This document shows, piece by piece, positions 18,828 through 28,111 of a DNA stretch of 64,000 bases (the stretch's first letter is position 1; each line of letters starts with the position of its first letter). The DNA is taken from contig CBDUPA010000002.1 of assembly GCA_965368975.1 (NCBI GenBank), forward strand, positions 64,001 through 128,000. Direction: 5' to 3'. Under the pieces are notes generated by a model. The model did not search any database, was not told the origin of the DNA, and was given only the letters and a program-made list of their open reading frames with translations. This stretch comes from an uncultured bacterium (GTDB lineage: Bacteria; Acidobacteriota; Thermoanaerobaculia; Multivoradales; JAHZIX01). A program made the translations under genes and the position numbers.

Positions 18828-20312
18828 ATGCAGCGCTTCGACCCCCAAGAGATCGCCGGTGTCATCGACCGCGTTCGGCGGCGTATTCCGCGGCAGGATT
18901 CGCCAGCGCCGACTGCGGTAGTGAGCGAGCCCCCTGCATCGGCGCCCCCGACTCAGAGCGCCAGCTGGCCCGACACGCCACCGAAGCTAGGCGTCTTTGA
19001 CTCCGTCGACGCCGCGGTGACTGCCGCGCGCACGGCTTTCGAGGCGTATCGCGACGCCGGCCTCGAGCGCCGACACCAGGTGGTCGATGGCATCCGCAAG
19101 CTGATGCGCGAGCAGGCCGCTCGACTGGGCGCGCTAGCGCACGAGGAAACGGGGCTGGGGCGTGCCGAAGACAAACGGCTAAAGAACCTGCTGGTGACCA
19201 ACCAGACACCGGGGCCGGAAGACCTGGAGCCGCACACCTGGACGGGTGACAAGGGCATGACGGTGGTCGAGTACGCACCCTACGGCGTCATCGGCTCGAT
19301 CACCCCGACTACCAACCCAACGGCGACGCTGATCAACAACACCATCGCCATGGTGTCCGCCGGCAACGCGGTGGCCTTCAACGTTCACCCCAACGCACGC
19401 CGCGTCTCGGCACTGACCATCGACCTGCTCAACCGCGCGATCCTCGAAGGCGGTGGCCCCGAGAATCTGGTGACGACGGTCGATCCACCGACGCTCGACA
19501 GCGCGCGGGAGCTGATGCGCCATCCCAAGGTGCGCATTCTGCTGGTCACCGGCGGTCCGGGCGTGGTGCGCGAGGCGCTGAAGTCGGACAAGCGAGCGAT
19601 CACCGCCGGCCCCGGCAACCCACCCGTGGTGGTCGACGAAACCGCCGACATCGAGCTGGCGGCGCGCGAGATCGTGCGCGGCGCGTCGTTCGACAACAAC
19701 GTCATCTGCACGGACGAGAAGGAAGTGATCGCTGTCGCCTCGGTGGCCGACGAACTGCTACGACGCATGGAGCAGAACGGCGCACGCATCCTCAAAGAGC
19801 ACGAACTGCGCAAGCTAGAGCGCGTGATCTTTCGACAGATGGGCCCGGGGAAGGGCAACAAGGGCAAGATCAACGCCCAATGGATCGGCAAGGACGCCGG
19901 ACGTATCCTGGCCGAGATCGGCATTCAGGAGGGCCCCGAGCTGCGCTTGGCGCTGGCCGACGTACCACCGGAACATCCGCTGATCTGGACGGAGCAGATG
20001 ATGCCCATCATGCCCGTGACGCGCGTGCGCGACGTCGGCACGGCAATCGACCTGGCGGTCAAGGCCGAGCACGGCTATGGCCACACGGCGTCGATCTTCT
20101 CGCAACGCGTCGACACCATTACCCGCTTCGCCCGCCGCATCGACTGCAGCATCTTCGTCGCCAACGGCCCGACGCTCGCCGGCCTCGGCCACGGTGGCGA
20201 AGGCTACACCTCGTTCTCGATCGCCAGCCCCACCGGCGAGGGCCTCACGCGTCCGCGCACCTTCTCACGCCTGCGCCGCATCGCGCTCGCCGGCTCGCTG
20301 CGGATCGTGTGA
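18828..20312 (+). CDS. CoA-acylating aldehyde dehydrogenase (EutE/PduP family) with encapsulation peptide
   Basis: ETGLGR, TPGPEDL, ITPTTNP, VTGGPGVV, AGPGNPPVVVDETAD, FDNNVICTDEKE (catalytic Cys), EQMMP, SPTGEG; N-terminal DPQEIAGVIDRVRRRI plus Pro-rich linker. Confidence 0.95.
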   Translation: MQRFDPQEIAGVIDRVRRRIPRQDSPAPTAVVSEPPASAPPTQSASWPDTPPKLGVFDSVDAAVTAARTAFEAYRDAGLERRHQVVDGIRKLMREQAARLGALAHEETGLGRAEDKRLKNLLVTNQTPGPEDLEPHTWTGDKGMTVVEYAPYGVIGSITPTTNPTATLINNTIAMVSAGNAVAFNVHPNARRVSALTIDLLNRAILEGGGPENLVTTVDPPTLDSARELMRHPKVRILLVTGGPGVVREALKSDKRAITAGPGNPPVVVDETADIELAAREIVRGASFDNNVICTDEKEVIAVASVADELLRRMEQNGARILKEHELRKLERVIFRQMGPGKGNKGKINAQWIGKDAGRILAEIGIQEGPELRLALADVPPEHPLIWTEQMMPIMPVTRVRDVGTAIDLAVKAEHGYGHTASIFSQRVDTITRFARRIDCSIFVANGPTLAGLGHGGEGYTSFSIASPTGEGLTRPRTFSRLRRIALAGSLRIV

Positions 20313-20349
20313 GCGCAGCTATGCGACCAACCCCAATGCAACCAGCCCC

Positions 20350-20976
20350 ATGAGACCAGCACTGGCCCTGCTCGAATTCGACCGCATCGTCGACGGCATC
20401 CGTGCCGGCGATGCGATGGTCAAGCGCTCCCCGCTACAGACACTGCGCACCGGCACCGTGCACCCGGGTCGCTACCTGGTGCTGGCGGCTGGCGAGGTGG
20501 CGGATGTCGAGGAAGGCTTGGAAGCCGCGCACGAGGTTTCCCCGGCACCGGCGCCGCGCGCCAAGATCTTCCTGCCCGCCGTGCATCCCGACATCGTCGA
20601 GGCACTCACCGGACGTCGCTGGCCCGAGGCGGTAGACGTGGACAGCCAGGAAGCGCTGGGAGTCGTCGAGACCGTTACCGTTCCTGCGATCCTGGGCGCC
20701 GTCGACGCCGCGCTCAAGGGCGCCGAGGTCGAGCTGCTCGAGCTGCGCCTGGCGGATGGCCTGGGCGGTAAGGGCTATGCGCTCTTCGCCGGCAGTGTCA
20801 CCGACGTACGCGCCGCTATCGAGATTGCCAGCGAACGCACGCCCAGTGGCCAGCTGATCGCCACCGACGTCATCGCGCAGCTGCACCCCGAGATGCGTGC
20901 CGAACTGGCCGCCGGCGCAACGTTCGCATCCAGAGTCTCGGCACGCCTGCGCGGCCCGAACGGCGAGGAGACCTGA
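20350..20976 (+). CDS. BMC shell protein, tandem-domain (BMC-T, PduT-like)
   Basis: ALALLEFDRIVDGIRAGDAMVK...VHPGRYL...GEVADVEE; second domain ALGVVET...VDAALKGAEV...RLADGLGGKG. Confidence 0.9.
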   Translation: MRPALALLEFDRIVDGIRAGDAMVKRSPLQTLRTGTVHPGRYLVLAAGEVADVEEGLEAAHEVSPAPAPRAKIFLPAVHPDIVEALTGRRWPEAVDVDSQEALGVVETVTVPAILGAVDAALKGAEVELLELRLADGLGGKGYALFAGSVTDVRAAIEIASERTPSGQLIATDVIAQLHPEMRAELAAGATFASRVSARLRGPNGEET

Positions 20977-20977
20977 C

Positions 20978-21253
20978 GTGCACCTGGGGCGAGTCACCGG
21001 CACCGTCGTGGCAACGATCAAGACACCGAACCTCGACGGCATCAAACTGCTGATCGTGCAACCGCTGGACCGGCAGCAACGGCCCAAGGGCTGTGCCGTC
21101 GTCGCCGCGGACGCCGTCGCCATGGCCGGCCCCGGCGAACTCGTCTACTTCGTCGCCAGCCGCGAGGCCGCGCTTGCCATGCCCGAGACCTTCGTGCCCA
21201 TCGACCACGCGATCGTCGGTATCGTCGACGCCGTCGCGGACCTGACGATATGA
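20978..21253 (+). CDS. BMC vertex pentamer (BMC-P)
   Basis: GTG start; HLGRVTGTVVATIK...AADAVAMAGPGELV...SREAA...DHAIVGIVD. Confidence 0.93.
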   Translation: MHLGRVTGTVVATIKTPNLDGIKLLIVQPLDRQQRPKGCAVVAADAVAMAGPGELVYFVASREAALAMPETFVPIDHAIVGIVDAVADLTI

Positions 21254-21263
21254 GAGAAGCGTC

Positions 21264-21539
21264 ATGAAGCTGGCCCGCGTCACCGGCACCGTCGTCTCGA
21301 CCATCCAGGCCCCCGCCTTCGACGGTCGCAAGCTCTTGCTGTGCGATCTGCTCGACCTTGCAGGCCAACCTACCGGCGACTATCAGCTGGCGGTCGACAG
21401 CGTGGGAGCCGGAGCCGGCGAGACGGTGATCCTGCTCGACGAAGGCAATGGCGCGCGCCAGGTATTGGGAGATCCGTCGGCGCCGGTGCGAACAGTCGTG
21501 GCGGGGGTCGTGGACGAGATCGACATCGCGGAGCCGTAG
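21264..21539 (+). CDS. BMC vertex pentamer (BMC-P)
   Basis: MKLARVTGTVVSTI...AVDSVGAGAGETV...EGNGAR...VVAGVVD. Confidence 0.93.
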   Translation: MKLARVTGTVVSTIQAPAFDGRKLLLCDLLDLAGQPTGDYQLAVDSVGAGAGETVILLDEGNGARQVLGDPSAPVRTVVAGVVDEIDIAEP

Positions 21540-21568
21540 CCGAGAAGACTCGGATGCGGCTTCGCCGC

Positions 21569-21647
21569 AGGGCACCCACACGGGGGTGCCCCTACCCAGA
21601 GCGGGGTGAAGAAATTCTGGGTAGGGGCAGGCCCATGTGCCTGCCCT
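21569..21647. repeat. GTAG-type REP doublet
   Basis: AGGGCACCCACACGGGGGTGCCCCTAC ... GTAGGGGCAGGCCCATGTGCCTGCCCT: two inverted REP hairpins each carrying a GTAG tetranucleotide. Confidence 0.75.
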
Positions 21648-21785
21648 GCGCCGAAAGGCGTATCCGTTTTCCATCCGCCTCGGACGGCATTGTCAAGACA
21701 CCGCCTCCAGGTTACCATCTAGCCCGTATGCGCCTCTCGGCACCCAGCCCCAACAAGCGAGCCCCCCAAGTAAGCGAGACACGCC

Positions 21786-22976
21786 ATGACCGCGATTCCA
21801 AGTACCCCTGACAGCGAGCGCTCCCTCAGCTTCCAGCTCAACGACGACCAACAGGCCATCCGCGACGCCGCCCGCGAGTTCGCCCTCGGCGAGGTCGACC
21901 CGATCGTCGAAGAGATCGACGAGGCGCAGCGCTTCCCCAAGGAAGTGGTGATGAAGGCCGGCGAGTTGGGCTTCCTCGGCGTCATCTTCCCTGAGGAGTA
22001 CGGCGGCTCCGGCCTGAGCTATATCGACTACGTCAGCGTCATCACCGAGCTGTCGCGCATCGACCCCTCGGTCGGCATCACCATCGCGGCGCACAACTCG
22101 CTGGGCACCAACCACATCTACAAGTTCGGCACCGAAGAGCAGCGCCAGCGCTGGGTCACACCGCTAGCCTCGGGCAAGAAGATCGCCGCCTGGAGCCTCA
22201 CCGAACCCGACGCCGGCTCCGACGCCGCGGGCACTCGTACCACCGCCAAGAAGGTCGACGGCGGCTGGGTCCTCAACGGCTCCAAGACCTTCACCACGCA
22301 CGGCTCCGTGGGTGACATCTGCGTCGTCATGGCGGTCACCGACCCTGACGGCCGACGTCATCACAACATCTCCGCCTTCGTGCTCGAGAAGGGCATGGAC
22401 GGCTTCCGGCCCGGCAAGAAAGAGAACAAGCTCGGCATCCGCGCTTCCGATACCTCGGAAGTGATCATGGAAGACTGCTTCGCGCCCGATGATCACCTGC
22501 TCGGCGAACGCGGCGAGGGCTTCATTCAGGCGCTGCAGATCCTCGACGGCGGCCGTATCTCGATCGCCGCTCTCGGCTTGGGCACCGCCATTGGTGCCTT
22601 CGACACCGCGCGCGACTACGCCAAGCAGCGCGAGCAGTTCGGCAAGCCGATCGCCAAGTTCCAGGCAATCCAGTTCCACCTCGCCGAAATGGCCACCAAG
22701 ATCGCGGCCGCCGAAGCTCTCACCTACGCCGCTGCCGACGCCATGGACCGCCAGACCGGGCACCTCAGCCGCCTGGCTTCCGAAGCCAAGCTGTACGCAG
22801 GCGAGGCGTCCGTCTTCTGCGCTGAGCGCGGCGTCCAGATCCACGGCGGGTACGGTTTCATCAAGGACTACCGGGCCGAGAAGTTCTTCCGCGACTGCAA
22901 GATCTGCACGATCGGCGAAGGCACCAGCGAAATCCAGCGCATGGTGATCGCGCGTAACCTGCTGCAGGGCCGCTGA
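21786..22976 (+). CDS. Acyl-CoA dehydrogenase
   Basis: PEEYGGSG, AAHNSLG, LTEPDAGSD, LNGSKTF, KLGIRASDT, REQFGKPI, QIHGGYG, IGEGTSEIQR. Confidence 0.95.
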   Translation: MTAIPSTPDSERSLSFQLNDDQQAIRDAAREFALGEVDPIVEEIDEAQRFPKEVVMKAGELGFLGVIFPEEYGGSGLSYIDYVSVITELSRIDPSVGITIAAHNSLGTNHIYKFGTEEQRQRWVTPLASGKKIAAWSLTEPDAGSDAAGTRTTAKKVDGGWVLNGSKTFTTHGSVGDICVVMAVTDPDGRRHHNISAFVLEKGMDGFRPGKKENKLGIRASDTSEVIMEDCFAPDDHLLGERGEGFIQALQILDGGRISIAALGLGTAIGAFDTARDYAKQREQFGKPIAKFQAIQFHLAEMATKIAAAEALTYAAADAMDRQTGHLSRLASEAKLYAGEASVFCAERGVQIHGGYGFIKDYRAEKFFRDCKICTIGEGTSEIQRMVIARNLLQGR

Positions 22977-22978
22977 AC

Positions 22979-23428
22979 ATGATCAAGAGCATCGACCACA
23001 TCGCCATCGCCGTGCCGTCGATCGCGGAGGCGCGTAAGTTCTACGAGAACATGGGCCTGGAAGTGGCGCACATCGAAGACGTGCCGCAAGAAGGCGTCAA
23101 GGTCGCCATGATCTGGGTAGGCCCGACCCGCATCGAGCTGATCGAGCCCCTGGGCGAGGATTCCCCCGTCCACGGCTTCCTGGCCAAGCGCGGCCCCGGC
23201 ATGCACCACCTGTGCTTCGCCAGCGACGCCATCCACGACGACAACACCAAGCTCCAGGGCGACGGCTACCGCACCCTGCGTCCCGAACCGACGCCGGGCG
23301 CCGAAGAGTGCTGGGTGCAGTTCGTCCACCCCAAGAGCGCGGGCGGCGTACTCGTCGAGCTGAACCAGAAAATGACCGCCGACGAACTCGAGCAAGCGCG
23401 CGCCGAGCTGGCCAACTCCAACCCCTAG
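22979..23428 (+). CDS. mce: Methylmalonyl-CoA epimerase (VOC family)
   Basis: IDHIAIAV, IELIEP, FLAKRGPGMHHLCF, FVHPKSAGGVLVEL. Confidence 0.88.
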   Translation: MIKSIDHIAIAVPSIAEARKFYENMGLEVAHIEDVPQEGVKVAMIWVGPTRIELIEPLGEDSPVHGFLAKRGPGMHHLCFASDAIHDDNTKLQGDGYRTLRPEPTPGAEECWVQFVHPKSAGGVLVELNQKMTADELEQARAELANSNP

Positions 23429-23583
23429 CCTCCGTACTTCCTCTTCTCCGGCAACCTTTGCCGGCAACCTTCGCCGCCGCCAGCCGTACCTCTCTCCCCG
23501 TATGCACAAGCGACGCTTCCCTCTCGGGACGATTCGTTCGTCTCGAGCGTCGCTTTTCCGTGAACGACCAAGGAGAGATCCTC

Positions 23584-24747
23584 ATGCATAGCCGTACCCT
23601 CTCGTCCGCGACCCGCGCCGCGCTGTTGACCCTGGCGCTCACCGCCCTCACCGTCGCACCGGTCTTGGCCCAGCAAGTCACCCTGCCCCCCGGCGGGGGC
23701 AACCAGCGTTCTGTGGTCACTCAGTACATCGGCCTTGTCAGCGTCACCGTCGACTACAACAGCCCCGACGTCACCGGCCCCAACGGCCAGAGCCGCGAAG
23801 GAGCGATCTGGGGCCAGCTCGTGCCCTACGGCATGTCGCCGCCGATCAACTTCGGCAACGGCAAGCCCTTCCCCTGGCGTGTTGGTGCCAACGAGAACAC
23901 CACGTTCACCGTCAGCCACGATGTGCTGGTGCAGGATCAGCCTCTTGCCGCCGGCACTTATGGCCTGCACATGATCCCCGGTGAAGAGGAGTGGACGGTC
24001 ATCTTCTCGAACAACTCTAGTTCCTGGGGTAGCTATTTCTACGAAGAGTCCGAAGATGCCCTGCGCGTCACCACCAAGGCGCAAGAGAACGAGTTCACCG
24101 AGTGGCTGAACTTCGAGTTCATCGACCGCCAGCCAGACCATGCCACCGTCGCGCTGCAGTGGGAGAGGCTGGAAGTTCCGTTCACCATCAAGGTACCGAA
24201 CCTGAGTGACCTCTACGTCCAGAGCCTGAACGACGAACTTCGCGGTCGCGGCGGCTTCGGCTGGCAGGGCTTCGCCAATGCCGCCAATTGGACCGCCGGC
24301 ATTGGTGAGCACCTGGAGCAGGGCCTAGAGTGGGCCGAGACCGCGATCAACAGCCCGTCTGTCGGCCAACGTAACTTCCAGACCCTGAGCGCCAAGGCTG
24401 CGGTGCTGAACGCCATGGAGCGCAGCGAGGAAGCCATGGCGATCATGGACGAAGCCATCCACGATCCAGCCGCCAACGTCGGCCAGATCTACACCTACGG
24501 CCGGCAGCTGATCACGCTGGGGCTGAATGAGAAGTCCCTGGAGGTCGCGCTCTACAATGCCGAGCGCAACCCGGACACCTGGCCGGTCGATTGGGGCCTG
24601 ACGCGCGCGTACTCGGCACTGGGCCAGTTCGACAAGGCCCTGGAGCACGCCAAGATTTCGCTGGAGCGGGCGCCGGTGCAGGGTACCAAGAACTTCATCA
24701 CGGCGCAGATTGTGCGGCTGGAGAACGGCGAGGACATCAACAACTGA
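23584..24747 (+). CDS. Secreted DUF2911-domain protein with TPR C-terminus (copy 1)
   Basis: Signal peptide; VTQYIGL...VDYNSP...IWGQLVPYG...WRVGANENT...AGTYGL...WTVIFS...WGSY; TPR helices. Confidence 0.85.
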   Translation: MHSRTLSSATRAALLTLALTALTVAPVLAQQVTLPPGGGNQRSVVTQYIGLVSVTVDYNSPDVTGPNGQSREGAIWGQLVPYGMSPPINFGNGKPFPWRVGANENTTFTVSHDVLVQDQPLAAGTYGLHMIPGEEEWTVIFSNNSSSWGSYFYEESEDALRVTTKAQENEFTEWLNFEFIDRQPDHATVALQWERLEVPFTIKVPNLSDLYVQSLNDELRGRGGFGWQGFANAANWTAGIGEHLEQGLEWAETAINSPSVGQRNFQTLSAKAAVLNAMERSEEAMAIMDEAIHDPAANVGQIYTYGRQLITLGLNEKSLEVALYNAERNPDTWPVDWGLTRAYSALGQFDKALEHAKISLERAPVQGTKNFITAQIVRLENGEDINN

Positions 24748-24790
24748 CGGTTGGTTCGTTGATGTTGTCCGGGCTTGGCTCGGAGGGAGG

Positions 24791-24818
24791 AGCCCCTGCA
24801 TTGGCGGGGGCTTTTCTT
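24791..24818 (+). terminator. Rho-independent terminator
   Basis: AGCCCCTGC-ATTG-GCGGGGGCT followed by TTTCTT. Confidence 0.7.
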
Positions 24819-24893
24819 GTTGGGAGGCAGGGCCCAGGTTCTCGAATGGCCTCGTCTCTGAAGCAGCTCGCCAAAGAACTTGCCGCACAACCC

Positions 24894-25220
24894 TCAAGCC
24901 TCCGCCGCCCCCGCCTCCAGCTGCGCCAGCACGCTCTCTGTGACGTCTTTGCCACCCTTGAAGTTCGTGATGAACGACCCGATCGTGTAAATCGGCCCCC
25001 ACGGGATGCCCCACCAGCCGAGGAACAGCGAGATCAGCGAGAAGCCAAGCCCTCTGCCGATACCTGAATCTCCCGCCCTGACGAAATAGACGCTACTCGG
25101 CCGGCGGAAGGTGATGATGATGATCGAGATGCAGTACTCGTAGTAGACGAACTTGCCACCATTTTCGAGATCTCGGTTGATTTGCTGCGCACTGAGCCCT
25201 TCCAAACCTTTGATGGACAT
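24894..25220 (-). CDS. Small conserved hypothetical membrane protein
   Basis: MSIKGLEG...GGKFVYYEYCISIIIITFRRPS...LFLGWWGIPWGPIYTI...NFKGGKDVT; GAGGG RBS. Confidence 0.8.
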   Translation of the reverse strand: MSIKGLEGLSAQQINRDLENGGKFVYYEYCISIIIITFRRPSSVYFVRAGDSGIGRGLGFSLISLFLGWWGIPWGPIYTIGSFITNFKGGKDVTESVLAQLEAGAAEA

Positions 25221-25448
25221 ACTGCATCCCTCATAGAAGTTGCGAACACTCTCCAGTGAGTGCCCGAGAGTTGAGACAGTTCCAGAAGACGGAATTCCGG
25301 GAGAAAGACAGTATACGCTGGTGGTCACCCTCCTAGTCTCGACCGATACAGAAGGACGTTTGCATGGATCTCCCTTGAAAATTAAGCTCTCCCGACGTCG
25401 CACTCCCGTTCGAGCAGAGCACACTCCATGAACAGTAGGAGATCTCCC

Positions 25449-26612
25449 ATGCACAAGCGTCCTTCCACCTCCACTCCAAGCGCGGCGCTTCTGGCTCTGA
25501 TGCTCAGCGCTGTCACGGTCGTCCCCATCCTCGCGCAGCAAGTGACTCTGCCGCCCAGCGGCGGGAACCAGCGCTCGATCGTTACACAGTACATCGGCCT
25601 GGTGAGCGTCACCGTCGACTACAACAGTCCCGACGTCACCGGTCCCAACGGTCAGAGCCGTGAAGGAGCAGTCTGGGGGCGCTTGGTGCCTTATGGGCTG
25701 TCACAGCCGATCGGTCTGGGCAACGGAAAGCCTTACCCCTGGCGTGTCGGCTCCAACGAGAATACGACCTTCTCCGTCAGCCACGATGTGTTGGTCCAGG
25801 ATCAGCCCTTGGCTGCCGGCACGTATGGCCTGCACATGATTCCAGGTGAAGAGGCGTGGACGATCATCTTCTCGAACAACTCGACGTCCTGGGGTAGTTA
25901 CTTCTACGAGGAGTCCGAAGACGCCCTCCGTGTCAGCGCCAAGCCTCGCGGGCATGCCTTCAACGAGTGGCTGACCTTCGACTTCATCGACCGCCAACCC
26001 GACCACGCCACCGTGGCCCTGCGGTGGGAGAACCTGGAACTCCCCTTCACCATCAAAGTGCCGAACTCGAACGAGCTGTACATCGCCAACCTGAAGAACG
26101 AGCTACGCAGTCGCGCCGGTTTCACGTGGCAAGGTTACACGCAGGCCGCCAACTTCACCGTCCAGATTGGCGAGCACCTGGAGCAGGGCCTGGACTGGGC
26201 TGACACCGCCCTGAACAGCCCAGCCGTCGGGCAGCGGAACTACCAGACCTTGAGTGCCAAGGCGAGCGTGCTGAACGCGATGGGCCAGACGGAAGAAGCC
26301 GCAGCACTGATGGCCGAAGCCATCAAAGAACCCACCGCCACTGCTGGCCTGCTCTACGGCTACACGCTTCAGCTGATCGCCCAGGGCGCGAAAGACAAGG
26401 CACTGGAGGTGGCACTGTACAGCGTCGAGCGCTTTGCGGGTTCCTGGCTGGCTGACTGGAGCGCGACGCTTGCCTACTCAGCGCTGGGCCAGTTCGAGAA
26501 AGCCCTGGAGCACGCCCAAGCCTCACACCGCCGGGCGCCGCACTCGAGAATGGCAAACTTCATCGAAGTGCAGATGAAGCGACTGGAGAATGGAGAGGAC
26601 ATCAACAGCTGA
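25449..26612 (+). CDS. Secreted DUF2911-domain protein with TPR C-terminus (copy 2)
   Basis: Colinear paralog of 23584..24747 from QQVTLPP to RLENGEDIN; AGGAG RBS. Confidence 0.85.
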   Translation: MHKRPSTSTPSAALLALMLSAVTVVPILAQQVTLPPSGGNQRSIVTQYIGLVSVTVDYNSPDVTGPNGQSREGAVWGRLVPYGLSQPIGLGNGKPYPWRVGSNENTTFSVSHDVLVQDQPLAAGTYGLHMIPGEEAWTIIFSNNSTSWGSYFYEESEDALRVSAKPRGHAFNEWLTFDFIDRQPDHATVALRWENLELPFTIKVPNSNELYIANLKNELRSRAGFTWQGYTQAANFTVQIGEHLEQGLDWADTALNSPAVGQRNYQTLSAKASVLNAMGQTEEAAALMAEAIKEPTATAGLLYGYTLQLIAQGAKDKALEVALYSVERFAGSWLADWSATLAYSALGQFEKALEHAQASHRRAPHSRMANFIEVQMKRLENGEDINS

Positions 26613-26779
26613 CGTGACTCCTTCTTTCTCGATGCCAACCTAGATACCAGCGCCAGAACTCGGAACTCACCGGAGCTATCAACGTAAGAAGAAGTATGCA
26701 CAAGCCCGGCCAAGAACCCGCACTAGAGGACTTCAAGGTCGAGAATGCCTGGCCACCTCAATCCAACTTCGAAATCGAA

Positions 26780-26826
26780 GCTGAGAAGCAGACCTTCTGG
26801 AGGAGCATCGGGGTCTGGTTCTCAGC
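26780..26826. terminator. Long hairpin between convergent genes
   Basis: GCTGAGAAGCAGACC-N17-GGTCTGGTTCTCAGC, 15-bp arms with one mismatch; no U-tract. Confidence 0.4.
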
Positions 26827-26907
26827 ACTTCGGCGACTATTGGACGTCTTCACCTAACCAGGTTGCACGGCTCGTGCGTGTGTTGGCGAACAAGTCAGCC
26901 CGCGAAT

Positions 26908-27975
26908 TCAGTCTCCGCGCACGATCTCCTCGTCCGTCCGCTCGACGCCCTCGAGACCGAGGATGAAGTCGGCGCCGTAGGCGGTCGAGGGCGTCTGGTA
27001 GCCAGCCGGGGCGTCGCCGTCCAGGACGCGCTGTAGAACCGCGACGGCGGTCATGGCGGTGAGGGTGTAGCCTTCCGGGGTCTCCAGCCTCGACACGGCC
27101 TTGCGACCGTCCGGCGCTGTTGCTTCGGCCCACAGGTAGCAGCGCGAGCGTTCCCTTTGTTCCTCAGTGGGGCCAGGCTTGCGGCTCCGGATCTTGCCCT
27201 TGAGCCAACCCTTCACCAGACGCAGCCCCAGCAGCGGCGCCAGGAAGCGAGTGAGCTTCATCTTGCGCAGACGGCCGCGGTCGATGGCCATGTAGACCTC
27301 GATGTTGGGGATCCGGGTCGACCGCCAGGCGGTAGCGACGTCACCCCAGGGGATGGTAACGCCGAGGGTCTCACCGTTGCCGAAGTCGATCTTGCGTGTC
27401 TTGTAGGCTGTTGGAACGTTGACCAGGCGGCCGTCTCGCCGCACCAGGCCGCCGCGATCGATGTTCTCGACCATGGTGGTAGCAGTACCGCGGGACAGGC
27501 GGCCGAGGGCCTGGAAGCCGAGGGTCAGGTGGGTGGCTTCGGGTAAGCGGCCCGCGACGTGCTTGGCCAGGCAGTCACTGGGAACGACATCGAAGCCGAC
27601 GCCGGGCATGACCATCACACCGGCCTCTTCGGCATCCTCGCGCGTCGCCGCGATGGATTCGAAGACGGCCGCTTCGCCGGTGATGTCGAGATAGTGGGTG
27701 CCGGTGGCGATGCAGGCGTTCACCATCGGGCGGAAGGTGTGGACGAACGGGCCGGCGCAGTGCAGGACGGCGTCGACACCTTCCAGGGACTGCTCGACGA
27801 CCTGCTGCACTTCGAGCTGAAAGACGCGGTACTCGAGGTCGTACTTGTCGCAGATCGGCCGCAGACGATCATAGTTGCGGCCGGCGAGGACGGGTTGTAG
27901 ACCCACGTCGAGGGCACGTTCGACGATCAATTCACCACTATAACCATAGGCGCCGTAGATCAGGGCGGTGGGCAT
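26908..27975 (-). CDS. Saccharopine dehydrogenase-like NAD(P)-binding oxidoreductase
   Basis: LIYGAYGYSG, LAGRN, HCAGPF, YLDITGE, GVGFDVVPSD, SRGTA, IPWGDV; CCAGGAG RBS. Confidence 0.9.
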   Translation of the reverse strand: MPTALIYGAYGYSGELIVERALDVGLQPVLAGRNYDRLRPICDKYDLEYRVFQLEVQQVVEQSLEGVDAVLHCAGPFVHTFRPMVNACIATGTHYLDITGEAAVFESIAATREDAEEAGVMVMPGVGFDVVPSDCLAKHVAGRLPEATHLTLGFQALGRLSRGTATTMVENIDRGGLVRRDGRLVNVPTAYKTRKIDFGNGETLGVTIPWGDVATAWRSTRIPNIEVYMAIDRGRLRKMKLTRFLAPLLGLRLVKGWLKGKIRSRKPGPTEEQRERSRCYLWAEATAPDGRKAVSRLETPEGYTLTAMTAVAVLQRVLDGDAPAGYQTPSTAYGADFILGLEGVERTDEEIVRGD

Positions 27976-28111
27976 GGTTCGCGTCTCCTGGTAGGACTGT
28001 GTTGCGTGTGAGGTCGGGCGTGAGCCACTGCGAGCAACAATACCAGAGCCGGCCGAGGGTCGCGGGTTGCCTAGCCGTGAACGGGGGCGCGGACTGGGAT
28101 AGCCTTGGACG

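Noticed and set aside
21786-23428. Acyl-CoA dehydrogenase and mce as BMC cargo
   Set aside because: Separated from the shell genes by ~250 bp containing a REP doublet; no clear encapsulation peptide; a common housekeeping pair.
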